The position numbers and the translations under genes were made by a program. Of a DNA stretch of 20,000 bases, positions 7,326-16,304 are shown in pieces. This stretch comes from an uncultured virus (IMG/VR IMGVR_UViG_3300020057_000040). Its lineage: Duplodnaviria; Heunggongvirae; Uroviricota; Caudoviricetes. Where the stretch lies: IMG/VR virus record IMGVR_UViG_3300020057_000040. The stretch is one strand, 5' to 3'. The notes beneath the pieces are model-generated. The model ran no database searches. It worked only from the letters and a program-made list of their open reading frames with translations, and was not told where the DNA came from. Within the stretch, counting starts at the first letter, position 1, and each line of letters opens with the position of its first letter.

Positions 7326-8842
7326 TAATCTAATTTTTTTATTCGTTCACGTATTTGCTCTAAAGTAGTTTCATTAAAAAATTTACCATCTTCATAAATT
7401 ACTTTAAGCATACCTTTAGATTCTTCTTCGTGAGTACATTGAGTTTTTACCTCATAGTTTTCTGTAACCTGAATCAATCCTTTTAAAGATTTTTTAGTTC
7501 CGTCATCAGTTATAGGGTCTTTATAAATATCGTACTCTTTACCATCGGCTTCAAACCACGCTCCTTTAGCAGCGAAACCTAGTGAATCCCTTGTAACATA
7601 TCTGTATGTATAAGAACCAACACCTAAAACAATATTTGTTGAAGCAAATCCTTTAGCAGCTAACCTTTCATAAATTTTAATCTGTCTGTCTAAGGTTATA
7701 GAATCACCATACAGTACGCCAATGTGAGGGTCAAGAACTTTGTAACCTTGATTATTTATAGTACCACCGAATATATCCCAAAGTAATTCTATAACGCCTT
7801 TACAGGCAGGAATATCCTTATCAGCTATTGGACTGTCTTTCATAAATCTATTATCTAAAGTAAAATACTTTCCATCTTCTACAATAAATTCTTCATGTCC
7901 ACAAATAATATCAATAGGATTACCACTATCAGGACGGATAACTAATTTACCATCACGACCCATAATTTCAGATTTCAAGGCAATCAAATAAACGGTAATT
8001 AATTTCCACAAATCGAATGTGTCTGCTACGATAGATAAAATACCTTTATCAAATTCTTTTAACCAATCTGCTATCATTTGTTGTTCTCCTACTGTAAATA
8101 TCTTTGTGGTAGATACAGAGTGTTCAGAAGCGTTAACTGAATTAATACAAACTTTATCTTCGGGTTCACCGTAGAAATATCTTGCTGCAAGAATTACAAT
8201 TAATGTATCAGAACCCCTGTGGCTTGTTGCATGACCCATGCCACTTGAAATCATATCAAATGGCGACATACCCCTTGCGCTAAAATCATGGCACATATAA
8301 TCAATGAGCCAAGCATTTGTAGGGTCTGTTTTCATAACCCAATGTTTCGCATTTCTTCTGTATTGTAAAGCCGTTGTTGCTGATGTAGATGAAACCCAAG
8401 CTAAACTTGAAACAATTGTTTCCAAGTATAATGTTAACCACGCAAAACCACTTTTTGTATTTATAAAAGTCATGTGTGGTACGTTAGGGTTTGTTTCTAT
8501 TCCTTCGGGTAAACTTTTTGCTTTAATAGGCAAATAACCGACTTTATGTAATTCTTCAAAATGTGAAGCATTAAAATCCTGCATGAGATATAAACTCATG
8601 TCTTTACCGAATTTCATTGCTTGTTCTAATGGTAGTTTAAAGAAATTTTCCGTAAACTCATCATGTAGCCATCTCCAAGTCAATTGTTGACCGAATGATA
8701 AAATTTTAGTTATGCCTTTGTTAGCGTGTTTGATGCTTCTTGGTATCCAAGTACCGTATAGAAAATTAGTGTTTGGTGCTAACATTCTTTTGTGTCCTAC
8801 TTTATATCCATCGGAATAGTAGAGTGAGTTTGGTCTAAACAT
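7325..8842 (-). CDS. nadV: Nicotinamide phosphoribosyltransferase-family protein (NadV/NAMPT; possibly Namat-type)
   Basis: SDGYKVGH, HDFSARG, SEHSV, SIVADTFD, LVIRPDSG, YGDSIT, GVGSYTY and KDPITDDGTKKSLKG motifs of the NAMPT family. Confidence 0.92.
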   Translation of the reverse strand: MFRPNSLYYSDGYKVGHKRMLAPNTNFLYGTWIPRSIKHANKGITKILSFGQQLTWRWLHDEFTENFFKLPLEQAMKFGKDMSLYLMQDFNASHFEELHKVGYLPIKAKSLPEGIETNPNVPHMTFINTKSGFAWLTLYLETIVSSLAWVSSTSATTALQYRRNAKHWVMKTDPTNAWLIDYMCHDFSARGMSPFDMISSGMGHATSHRGSDTLIVILAARYFYGEPEDKVCINSVNASEHSVSTTKIFTVGEQQMIADWLKEFDKGILSIVADTFDLWKLITVYLIALKSEIMGRDGKLVIRPDSGNPIDIICGHEEFIVEDGKYFTLDNRFMKDSPIADKDIPACKGVIELLWDIFGGTINNQGYKVLDPHIGVLYGDSITLDRQIKIYERLAAKGFASTNIVLGVGSYTYRYVTRDSLGFAAKGAWFEADGKEYDIYKDPITDDGTKKSLKGLIQVTENYEVKTQCTHEEESKGMLKVIYEDGKFFNETTLEQIRERIKKLD

Positions 8843-8918
8843 ATTATTTATTTTTATTGGTTTTTAATTTTGTTAATTGTTTTATTGATTCATTAATTTA
8901 TAGCGAATTTTACCTCCA

Positions 8919-9368
8919 TTAGTCTTGTTCTTTGTGTAATTTTTTTTGTGTGTATTCAATTGCTTTATCGAAATCAATGAAAAGAGGAATACTAAATCTT
9001 TCACACATGATGTGTATGTTCTCAGACCTGTAAAATTGTTTAGGACAACAAACTATCAACTTACCTGACTTGTAGTGCATACCAAATTCCAATAACGTAA
9101 TTGGTGATTTACTATCGGGTAATATGTTCATAAAAATATATTTTGATTTTTCCATTGCATCTATTTCCCAATTAACTTGTTCATCAGAATTAACGTTATC
9201 AAAATTTGTACGACGTGGATTGTAAATATCATAATCTAATCCGCTTAATTTGTAAATGGCTATTTGCTGCCAATCAACACTTTTTCCCATTTCAATTGTA
9301 CCTGCTAAGAAGATACCTTTTCTTTCTGTATTCAGAATGTAGTCGGGGGCTGTAAATACTTTTCTCAT
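8919..9368 (-). CDS. Nucleoside 2-deoxyribosyltransferase-like protein
   Basis: IFLAGTI...DWQ...YNPRR...QVNWE...SPITLLEFG pattern of the NDT-like family. Confidence 0.8.
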   Translation of the reverse strand: MRKVFTAPDYILNTERKGIFLAGTIEMGKSVDWQQIAIYKLSGLDYDIYNPRRTNFDNVNSDEQVNWEIDAMEKSKYIFMNILPDSKSPITLLEFGMHYKSGKLIVCCPKQFYRSENIHIMCERFSIPLFIDFDKAIEYTQKKLHKEQD

Positions 9369-9500
9369 TTTTATTTATTTAGTTATATGTTGGTTACAAG
9401 GCTTTAAATTTCTCATTTAGTTGGCTTTTTAAAACCATTTTACCCTACTTTTTGGGATTTTCGTGGACAAGAGAAATTCAAATAATTTGTTATTGCTTTA

Positions 9501-10820
9501 TTAATCAAATAAACCTCCTTGATTTGTTTTTTGTATTTTTGCTTCTTTAAAATTTAAATTATCAAATTCAACGCTCGGCTTCCCTTTGGCATTGAGTTCT
9601 TTTACAATTATTGTTCTCTTAAATTTATATTTGTTACTCACGACAGGGCGATAACTACATTGTAATAATTTATAGCCACTGTTTAATATGCCGTTTTTTA
9701 TAGGACTAACCGAAATTGCAAATGGTTTGTAATAATCACTTGGAACAAAATTGTCCACTACAAGCATACCTTTCTCATCATAATATTGTTTGGGTATTTC
9801 TTTCAAAGGTTTTATTTTGTCTGTTTTGTGTTTTTGATGTTTATTTGTATAAACGTAAGTTTTAGCCCTTTTTTTCTTGTATGTTGGTGTTAAAAACCAA
9901 TTAAATTCAAACGGAATAACTGATATTTTTTTGTTTTGCCAAAGTTCTTTTGTCCATTTATATTGAACTGCTGCCCCATTTCCAAAGCAAATAACATCTT
10001 TTCCTGTTGATTGCATACATTTAAAAAAATGTTCAAATTTTGAAAACGGTGGGTTTGTAATGATAATATCAGCTTCATTATTTGCAATATTCATACATTC
10101 TTTGTCAGAATATGAGCCGTGAAAATTTGACTTAGTTCCAACAGGCGGGATTCTTAATATCTTTTTGCCATCATATTTCACAATAAATCCATCGTATTCA
10201 TTCCATTGATTACTGAAAAGAGAACCCGAAAAGTCCAATTTAGAGCCGTCAAAACGTGTTGAAATAATTTGTTTTAATTTTAATTTTTTAAAATTATTGT
10301 AAAAGTAAATCCAAAATGCCGATTGCCCTGCATCATCACAGTTCATATAAATTACTTTATTTTTCCAATAATCTGTTCCAAAATGCTCTACAATTGTTTC
10401 TACATCTTGATAGAAAGTATAACATTCATCGCTTTCAATAGAAACCATATCATCATCATCATTGTATCTTCCTTTGGTTCTTGTTTTGTTAAGTCGCTCT
10501 AAATCTGTTAAACTACCACTTTCATTAACTTGTGGCAAATCGTTTATCGAAATCAAAGGAAATATTTTTTGCCAAATTGCAGAACGTAATTCTTTACTGT
10601 CATAACTACATTCTTTGCCTTTGCCTACACTATTCCATTCGGGCAGGTTGTAAATAATTTTTAAAACTTCGTCTGCGTTGTCTTTAACTATTATTGGCAA
10701 AATCCATTCAACTTTTTTACCTTTTTGTCCTTTCCAAGCATAACCACCACGACCTCTGTGTAATTCAAGTTGTCCATCACAACTTTCTAAAATAACATAG
10801 TCAATTTTACTCTTTGCCAT
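9501..10820 (-). CDS. EcoRI-family adenine-specific DNA methyltransferase with N-terminal extension
   Basis: SDECYT...VIYMNCDD...SAFWIYFYNNF...LKQIIST and ADIIITNPPFS (motif IV). No cognate restriction enzyme is recognisable nearby. Confidence 0.8.
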   Translation of the reverse strand: MAKSKIDYVILESCDGQLELHRGRGGYAWKGQKGKKVEWILPIIVKDNADEVLKIIYNLPEWNSVGKGKECSYDSKELRSAIWQKIFPLISINDLPQVNESGSLTDLERLNKTRTKGRYNDDDDMVSIESDECYTFYQDVETIVEHFGTDYWKNKVIYMNCDDAGQSAFWIYFYNNFKKLKLKQIISTRFDGSKLDFSGSLFSNQWNEYDGFIVKYDGKKILRIPPVGTKSNFHGSYSDKECMNIANNEADIIITNPPFSKFEHFFKCMQSTGKDVICFGNGAAVQYKWTKELWQNKKISVIPFEFNWFLTPTYKKKRAKTYVYTNKHQKHKTDKIKPLKEIPKQYYDEKGMLVVDNFVPSDYYKPFAISVSPIKNGILNSGYKLLQCSYRPVVSNKYKFKRTIIVKELNAKGKPSVEFDNLNFKEAKIQKTNQGGLFD

Positions 10821-10837
10821 AAATATTTATTTTTTAA

Positions 10838-11203
10838 TTATTTATTTAGTTTATTATCATTAATATATTTAAATACTCTTTTTATTCCGATTTGATTAGC
10901 CTTATAATTGTTTTTATTTTTTAATTCGTGATAAGCCAATCTGTTTATTATAGGGTAATAACACGTTACCTTTCGGTAAGCAATCCATAAATTAACTTCG
11001 TATTTTTTTTTCAGCCAATTAATTAATTGTTCATTTGTTGGTGCTGCTGTTGCCCATTGAGGTAATGTATTATTGGTAAAACTTAAAATAAGTTTTTTAT
11101 CTTGATTTTCGTAATAACCAAGACACTCACCGTCAAATCCATGCTTCTTAGCTAAAACAGCATTTTTATAACTCACAAATAATTCTTGTAATTCTTTTTC
11201 CAT
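10838..11203 (-). CDS. Phage hypothetical protein
   Basis: FVSYxxAxLAKxxGFD..C...APT...WL pattern that I recognise as common in Bacteroidota phage ORFs. Confidence 0.65.
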   Translation of the reverse strand: MEKELQELFVSYKNAVLAKKHGFDGECLGYYENQDKKLILSFTNNTLPQWATAAPTNEQLINWLKKKYEVNLWIAYRKVTCYYPIINRLAYHELKNKNNYKANQIGIKRVFKYINDNKLNK

Positions 11204-11278
11204 TTTATTTTATCTTTTTGAGCGTAAAACCCCTACGCCTTTAGGCTAGGGGATGTAAGCGAACCCAACGCTTTCATT

Positions 11279-12523
11279 TTAGTTTAAATTTAATTTTTGT
11301 GTATCAATAATCCAACTTTTTCTTGCACTAACTCGTTTCATTTTTTCAAACTTAGGAATTGGTTTTAGTTCAACTTTTTTGTTATCAATGTTCATTAGTA
11401 TGGCGTATCCTGTTGCCATTCTACCTTTGATAAAATATATTTTTCCTTCGTATTCAACCTTGTCAAATTTTCTGAATCCTTTGATTTTTCCAACAGGAAT
11501 AATTTGTTCAGAGCGCACTCCTTTTCTTAATTGAAAATCTCCATCTGAAATACACCTCTTTAAAATAATTTCATTTGTTTTAAAAGTAACAGGATTTCCA
11601 TTGCTACCAATTGCAACAGCATCAAAATAATGTTCTTTTGGCAAACCAATTAATTGTCGGTGTTCTTTTGTAATGTATCCAAAAGTTTCTTCTGCATTTG
11701 AAAGTCGTTTTAATAATTGAACACGAATTGAGTTCATTTGTGTAGCATGATTTAATTGACCTTTCTTTTTACCTTTTAATTTAAGAATAATTTTTCCTGA
11801 GTGTAAATCTTCATGGCAAGTATCGTGCAAGGTTATTAGATTTTTTTCATCATCAGAACCACCTTCACTTTTAAAAATAATATGATGAACTTCTAATTTT
11901 TTGTTTTCTGTTTTCTTTTTACAATGTTGACAAATATAATTATCACGGTGCAAAACATAGGATTTTGTATTTGCGAAACCATAGTTAATTCCTTTTTGAT
12001 ATAACGAATTATTTTTTAAAACATCAGGGTTTTTTAGTGCGTGTGTGTCAAAAGTTGCTGTTTCAATTTTTAATTTTGTAATAGGTAAAATTGATTTTAC
12101 AAATTTAATTTCCTTTAAATGAGAATTAATTTTACTTGTCATTGTTGGTGAAAATCTGTCAGTTCTGATACTGTTTTTTCTATTGTCGAATCTTGGTTTT
12201 CTGTATCTTGTATTTTTGTTTCTGCGAAACCTTCGATACTTTGAACGCTGTGTCATTTTTTCTGAAACATCATTTCTGATTGTAATTTCAGAAACATAAA
12301 CAACTTCATTTTTTTCATTCAAAACTGCACTTCCAACAACCGAACTTCCTGAATCAATATCATGTTCTAAATCTTGTTTGTAGTCGGTTGTTTCATAATT
12401 TAATTGAATTGTAAAAGGCGTAGTCATTACTACTTTCGCCTTGTTTTGTTTAAGCAAAATTCTTCCAATTGCCGAACAGCATGGCATCAGAGGATTTTTT
12501 TCTTTGCTTAAAACGTAAACCAT
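11279..12523 (-). CDS. iscB: RNA-guided endonuclease IscB
   Basis: N-terminal PLMP; RuvC-I DIDSGS; Arg-rich bridge helix RRFRRNKNTRYRKPRFDNR; RuvC-II ETATFD; HNH CQHC...HHIIFKSEGGSDDEKNLITL...H; RuvC-III HYFDAVAI. Confidence 0.95.
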   Translation of the reverse strand: MVYVLSKEKNPLMPCCSAIGRILLKQNKAKVVMTTPFTIQLNYETTDYKQDLEHDIDSGSSVVGSAVLNEKNEVVYVSEITIRNDVSEKMTQRSKYRRFRRNKNTRYRKPRFDNRKNSIRTDRFSPTMTSKINSHLKEIKFVKSILPITKLKIETATFDTHALKNPDVLKNNSLYQKGINYGFANTKSYVLHRDNYICQHCKKKTENKKLEVHHIIFKSEGGSDDEKNLITLHDTCHEDLHSGKIILKLKGKKKGQLNHATQMNSIRVQLLKRLSNAEETFGYITKEHRQLIGLPKEHYFDAVAIGSNGNPVTFKTNEIILKRCISDGDFQLRKGVRSEQIIPVGKIKGFRKFDKVEYEGKIYFIKGRMATGYAILMNIDNKKVELKPIPKFEKMKRVSARKSWIIDTQKLNLN

Positions 12524-12544
12524 TTTTTTCCTTTCTTTTTTTAA

Positions 12545-12832
12545 ATTTGTTAAACAAATAAATACTCTACTTGCGTAGGTAATGCGTATTTTGAAACTGT
12601 AACCATTTCAAAAATCCGACTTCATCTCGACAAAGATAATCAGGTTTTTTACACTTATTTCACCGAACTTTTCCCTCAGTTCTTCTTAAAAATAAGCGAC
12701 AGAGCAACGGTCTGATGCGTCAACCGTTGGTATCATATTCCTGACTATCGTAGCTCTCATTTCTGAGGCTTAGTCTTGTGAACTTGGGCTTCGTTTCCGA
12801 AGCCCCTACCTTTTAAGGTAGGGGTAGTTCAC
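12545..12832 (-). ncRNA. IscB omegaRNA scaffold (3' boundary approximate; guide expected from flank ~12833-12850)
   Basis: ~300-nt structured non-coding region upstream of iscB with nested hairpins (CCCCTACC/GGTAGGGG, GGGCTTCG/CGAAGCCC, GTGAAC/GTTCAC, CAACGGT/ACCGTTG), matching the HEARO/omegaRNA architecture. Confidence 0.85.
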
Positions 12833-13255
12833 TTCACATTTATATTTAATCAAAAACATATTTTCGTAAATATTACCAACTATTTCAGTAACGTCATCCG
12901 AAGCTATATTATAAAGTTTATCGTCATCATTATTTATAATCCAAAATCTTTCAGCGTAATTTATTTTATCTGTGAATCCTTTAATTTCCATATCAGATAA
13001 ACGTGCTACTACTTTACCTTTATATGAAAATGTTTTTTCGTCATAAATTATTTCATACAAATAATTATTACGTTTATAATAATCACCAATATAACCCTTT
13101 TTACCGTTCTTATCCACTAAGCCAATAAATAACATAGGTGGAGAACATTTATGGTTTTCAAACCAATGCCAAAAGGTTGTGGTGTTTTCATCAGCTAACT
13201 GATAAATCATTTTCTCAGTTGCTCTGTGGTACGCTCTTACTAATACATCAATCAT
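12806..13255 (-). CDS. YopX-family phage protein; last 8 residues supplied by the IS left end
   Basis: MLFIGLVDKNGKKGYIGD and EIVGNIYEN YopX motifs; terminal VNYPYLKR* is encoded by the IS end. Confidence 0.8.
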   Translation of the reverse strand: MIDVLVRAYHRATEKMIYQLADENTTTFWHWFENHKCSPPMLFIGLVDKNGKKGYIGDYYKRNNYLYEIIYDEKTFSYKGKVVARLSDMEIKGFTDKINYAERFWIINNDDDKLYNIASDDVTEIVGNIYENMFLIKYKCEVNYPYLKR

Positions 13256-13263
13256 AATTAAAT

Positions 13264-13512
13264 TTATTTCTTTATTTTATTTTCAATTGTTCTTACTAAT
13301 CTATAAGCCTTAACAGGAAATAAATTATTATCACGGGCATACATGAAGTCTTCACCTATGGTAAGCGTGTTACCTTTTATATCAACGCAAATTATTTTTT
13401 GTTCTTTTCTGAATCCACCTATTCGGGATGTTGCTTTATTAACCCATTCCTGAAAATCATGGAATGTAGTTACTTCTTCTGCAATTAATGTTATTTTTTC
13501 TTGTCCTTCCAT
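13264..13512 (-). CDS. Hypothetical protein (82 aa)
   Basis: Well-formed ORF in operon context. Confidence 0.65.
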   Translation of the reverse strand: MEGQEKITLIAEEVTTFHDFQEWVNKATSRIGGFRKEQKIICVDIKGNTLTIGEDFMYARDNNLFPVKAYRLVRTIENKIKK

Positions 13513-13530
13513 TATTTATGTTTTTTTTAT

Positions 13531-13576
13531 CTATTTGAGCGTAAAACCCCTACGCTTTAGGGTAGTGGTGATTGAC
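13531..13576 (-). mobile_element. 46-bp collapsed IS200/IS605 (IscB-type) remnant: left end fused to right end
   Basis: Minus strand GTCAATCACCACTACCCTAAAG (left-end-like) + CGTAGGGGTTTTACGCTCAAATAG (near-identical to the right end at 11214-11237), again followed by ATAAA. Confidence 0.75.
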
Positions 13577-13583
13577 GCTATTT

Positions 13584-14549
13584 TTAATCATACAAATCAA
13601 TAAAATCTCCAAATGGAATTACTGTAACTAAGTTTCCGTAAGTACCGATTGTATTTTCTACCTTGCCTATTGATGGTGTTGTGTACACACGCTCAATACC
13701 GCTATCTTTTAAAGAGTTTACGTCTGATGAATTTTCATAATGGCTCACAATTAGATAAATTTTACCTGCATTACGTTTCTTTAATTCTTTTGCTAATCCA
13801 ATAAACGTTCCGCCCTTAGAACAAATATCATCTATAATGACTACATCACGTCCTTCCAAATCCTGTTTATCAACGGTATAAGCTATTATTTTTCCGTCAT
13901 TAAGATTACGGGCTTTATTACATAGGATAATATCGTCTTTGTAATTTAATTCACCTGCTAACTTAAATATTTTTTTGAAAGCACCTGAATCGGGAGAAAC
14001 AAATAACGGGCTACCTTTTAGAGTGGCTTTAAATTCATTTTCACTAACCCCTTTATCATTTTGTGCGTAACCATGAAGACCAACAATGTGAGTTAACGCT
14101 TCATAAACAAACGCTTTGTTACTTATTACATGAATGTTATGTTCTAATAGAGTAGGCGTTATATCCGAATGAGCATCGAGAACAAAAATTCTATGGAACT
14201 CACATGATTTAAGCATATCAGTCACTACCTTCAATGAGAATGGTTCACCATCTACCATAACCCTGTCCTGACGGGCATAAGGCATATATGGCATGAATAA
14301 GTCAATCTTTTCGTAACCCATGCGTTTTAGAGCATCATTAGTTAATAGGATACTAATTAAATCATCCGAGCTATTAGCGTGAGCGTAAATAGTTACTGCG
14401 GTTGTTTCAATTTTAGGTTCGCTGTCTTTAATCTTAACATGGACTTCCCCACCTAAGAAATTAAATTGCTCTGAGGTTAATGCAGATTCAATTGCTTCTC
14501 CATCTTTATTGGTTATTGGAGTGAACCCGTTTATAAATATTGTTTCCAT
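13584..14549 (-). CDS. prs: Ribose-phosphate pyrophosphokinase (PRPP synthetase)-family protein, possibly Adps-type
   Basis: FLGGEVHVKI, MPYMPYARQDRVM..GEPFSLKV, LDAHS, VSPDSGAFKK and VVIIDDICSKGGTF (PRTase motif). Confidence 0.9.
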   Translation of the reverse strand: METIFINGFTPITNKDGEAIESALTSEQFNFLGGEVHVKIKDSEPKIETTAVTIYAHANSSDDLISILLTNDALKRMGYEKIDLFMPYMPYARQDRVMVDGEPFSLKVVTDMLKSCEFHRIFVLDAHSDITPTLLEHNIHVISNKAFVYEALTHIVGLHGYAQNDKGVSENEFKATLKGSPLFVSPDSGAFKKIFKLAGELNYKDDIILCNKARNLNDGKIIAYTVDKQDLEGRDVVIIDDICSKGGTFIGLAKELKKRNAGKIYLIVSHYENSSDVNSLKDSGIERVYTTPSIGKVENTIGTYGNLVTVIPFGDFIDLYD

Positions 14550-14572
14550 CGTTTTATTTTTTTTAGTTTTTT

Positions 14573-14977
14573 TTAGCGTATTTCAATTGGTAACGATTCC
14601 TTGTGTTGGTCAATGTAAATGTTTTGCAGTTCGTGTAAATAATCTATTTGACAAACAGTTTTACCCTGATTACTATAATCCCAATAACCACCATTTCTTT
14701 TATTTTTTGATAAGGTGAATGAAGGTGATACTTTTTTAGTGAACTGTGAATCAAAATCACCTATAACATCATCAATCTTTAAAATAAATTCATTGGTTAA
14801 TTTTATTGGTTTTATTTTATCAATACTAATCCATTCTTTATACCTTGTTCCATTCAACATTACTTTATGGTTCACGCCATCAATAGCAACAACGGTATAA
14901 ATATTATTATCGTTTGAAATCTTGCATTTTACAATATTTCCAATTCTGAGTACGTAAATTAAATCGCTATTATCCAT
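14573..14977 (-). CDS. Phage hypothetical protein
   Basis: LRIGN...IKPIKLT...YLHELQNIY pattern that I recognise as common in Bacteroidota phages. Confidence 0.7.
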   Translation of the reverse strand: MDNSDLIYVLRIGNIVKCKISNDNNIYTVVAIDGVNHKVMLNGTRYKEWISIDKIKPIKLTNEFILKIDDVIGDFDSQFTKKVSPSFTLSKNKRNGGYWDYSNQGKTVCQIDYLHELQNIYIDQHKESLPIEIR

Positions 14978-14989
14978 AATTCGGTTTTT

Positions 14990-15430
14990 TTAAAAAGGCA
15001 AGTTGTCGTTGTTATCTTGGTTACTATTACCGCCACCGTTATTATTGTTTGGTGTAGTGGTATTTGAGTTAGTATTATCGTTACTTTGATTTTCTTTTTT
15101 CTGACCTTGACCTAATTCAATTTCTTTAACCTCAATTTTCATTTGAGAAACATTTTTACCTTCCTTGTCAGTATAAGCGTGTATATCGGGTACTCCTTCA
15201 ACAACAACGTATGTTCCTTTTTTTAGGTATTCAGCCAATTTCGTCTTTCCTTTTTCTTTCCAGTAAGCACAGGTAAAAAAATAAGCTCTCTCATTTTTAT
15301 TTCCCTGCTTATCCAAAAAACGTTCATTTACAGCAACAGTAAAATTAATACACGCTCTTGTTTCTGAATTTTGTGGAGTGTAAATTGTTGCATCTGCTGT
15401 CAGGTTTCCCGAAATAATAATTTTTCTCAT
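14990..15430 (-). CDS. ssb: Single-stranded DNA-binding protein
   Basis: ISGNLTADA, NFTVAVN, YLKKGTYVVVEG OB-fold motifs; low-complexity linker; C-terminal DNLPF. Confidence 0.95.
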   Translation of the reverse strand: MRKIIISGNLTADATIYTPQNSETRACINFTVAVNERFLDKQGNKNERAYFFTCAYWKEKGKTKLAEYLKKGTYVVVEGVPDIHAYTDKEGKNVSQMKIEVKEIELGQGQKKENQSNDNTNSNTTTPNNNNGGGNSNQDNNDNLPF

Positions 15431-15442
15431 ATTTATTTTTTT

Positions 15443-16063
15443 TTAGTTGTTATCAAAAAAGTTTTCTAAGTACATAATCATTGGAGCGTATTTATCACCT
15501 GATTTACGGTATCTCAAATAATCTTTACTGCCCATTAATAAGTGAATTACGTGTTGGTGAACCTCATACCATTCAGGCTTAATTAATTTCCAAATGAAAT
15601 TAGCATTTTCTTGTCTGTACTTAACAAACATACTCTCTCCTTTATATGCGTGTCTTTTTTCGTAAGAGTATTTTACGTTAGCTATGCGGTCAGCTAACTT
15701 AATGAATTTAGCAAATGGAGTTCTACGGATACCTCTGTAATATTTTGAATTTGCTCTTTCGGCTCTGTTTTTACCTTTCTCGTTTGTTACAGCATAAGCA
15801 AGTTCAGCAACTTGTTTGTTAGTTGCTTTCATAACATTATTAAATGTTTGACGGCAATCCTCGCAACAATCATGTGTCCAAATACCACCACGAACATTAT
15901 TTTGATGCGTTGCAGGAATTAAGTCAATAAACGTATCTCCAATATCATCAACCATTTCTAAATGGAATGTGTATGGTTGGTCTTGATACGTGTGGTTTGT
16001 TTCAGTATGGCATTTTACAGCATACTCTTTTGCAATCTCGGCAATATTTCTTTCGCTTTCCAT
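15443..16063 (-). CDS. RelA/SpoT-type HD hydrolase (small alarmone hydrolase/Mesh1-like)
   Basis: AVKCH...PYTFHL...WTHDCCED...KLADRIAN. Confidence 0.78.
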   Translation of the reverse strand: MESERNIAEIAKEYAVKCHTETNHTYQDQPYTFHLEMVDDIGDTFIDLIPATHQNNVRGGIWTHDCCEDCRQTFNNVMKATNKQVAELAYAVTNEKGKNRAERANSKYYRGIRRTPFAKFIKLADRIANVKYSYEKRHAYKGESMFVKYRQENANFIWKLIKPEWYEVHQHVIHLLMGSKDYLRYRKSGDKYAPMIMYLENFFDNN

Positions 16064-16065
16064 AA

Positions 16066-16302
16066 TTATTTTTTTTTATAGCTATTTAAGTAAATAGAAA
16101 AATCTAAGTTATTCGGGTGAGTTATGAAACTTTTTATTTCTTTAATTTCATTGTATGAAACTTGAAAAACTTTACCATTTTTATCCATACAAATGTAAAT
16201 GGTTGGACTTGCATTGTTACAATATCCACGAGCCTTATCAATAATAATACCTTCTTCGTTTTTTGAGGAGATAATTACTGCTCCTATGATTGATGTTTCC
16301 AT
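16066..16302 (-). CDS. Hypothetical protein (78 aa)
   Basis: ORF spaced 2 nt from both neighbours. Confidence 0.65.
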   Translation of the reverse strand: METSIIGAVIISSKNEEGIIIDKARGYCNNASPTIYICMDKNGKVFQVSYNEIKEIKSFITHPNNLDFSIYLNSYKKK

Positions 16303-16304
16303 AA

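Larger units (their letters stand above)
11214..12832 (-). mobile_element. Non-autonomous IS200/IS605-superfamily IscB (OMEGA) element
   Basis: Left end (minus strand) GTGAACTACCCCTACCTTAAAAGGTAGGGG; right end CCCCTAGCCTAAAGGCGTAGGGGTTTTACGCTCAAAAAG followed by ATAAA; contains omegaRNA and iscB, no tnpA. Confidence 0.88.

Noticed and set aside
11279..12523. IscB as the effector of the CRISPR-like arrays, or a Cas9 fragment
   Set aside because: It has PLMP, its own omegaRNA and IS ends, lies 6 kb away as an independent insertion, and I see no anti-repeat to the 36-nt repeat.
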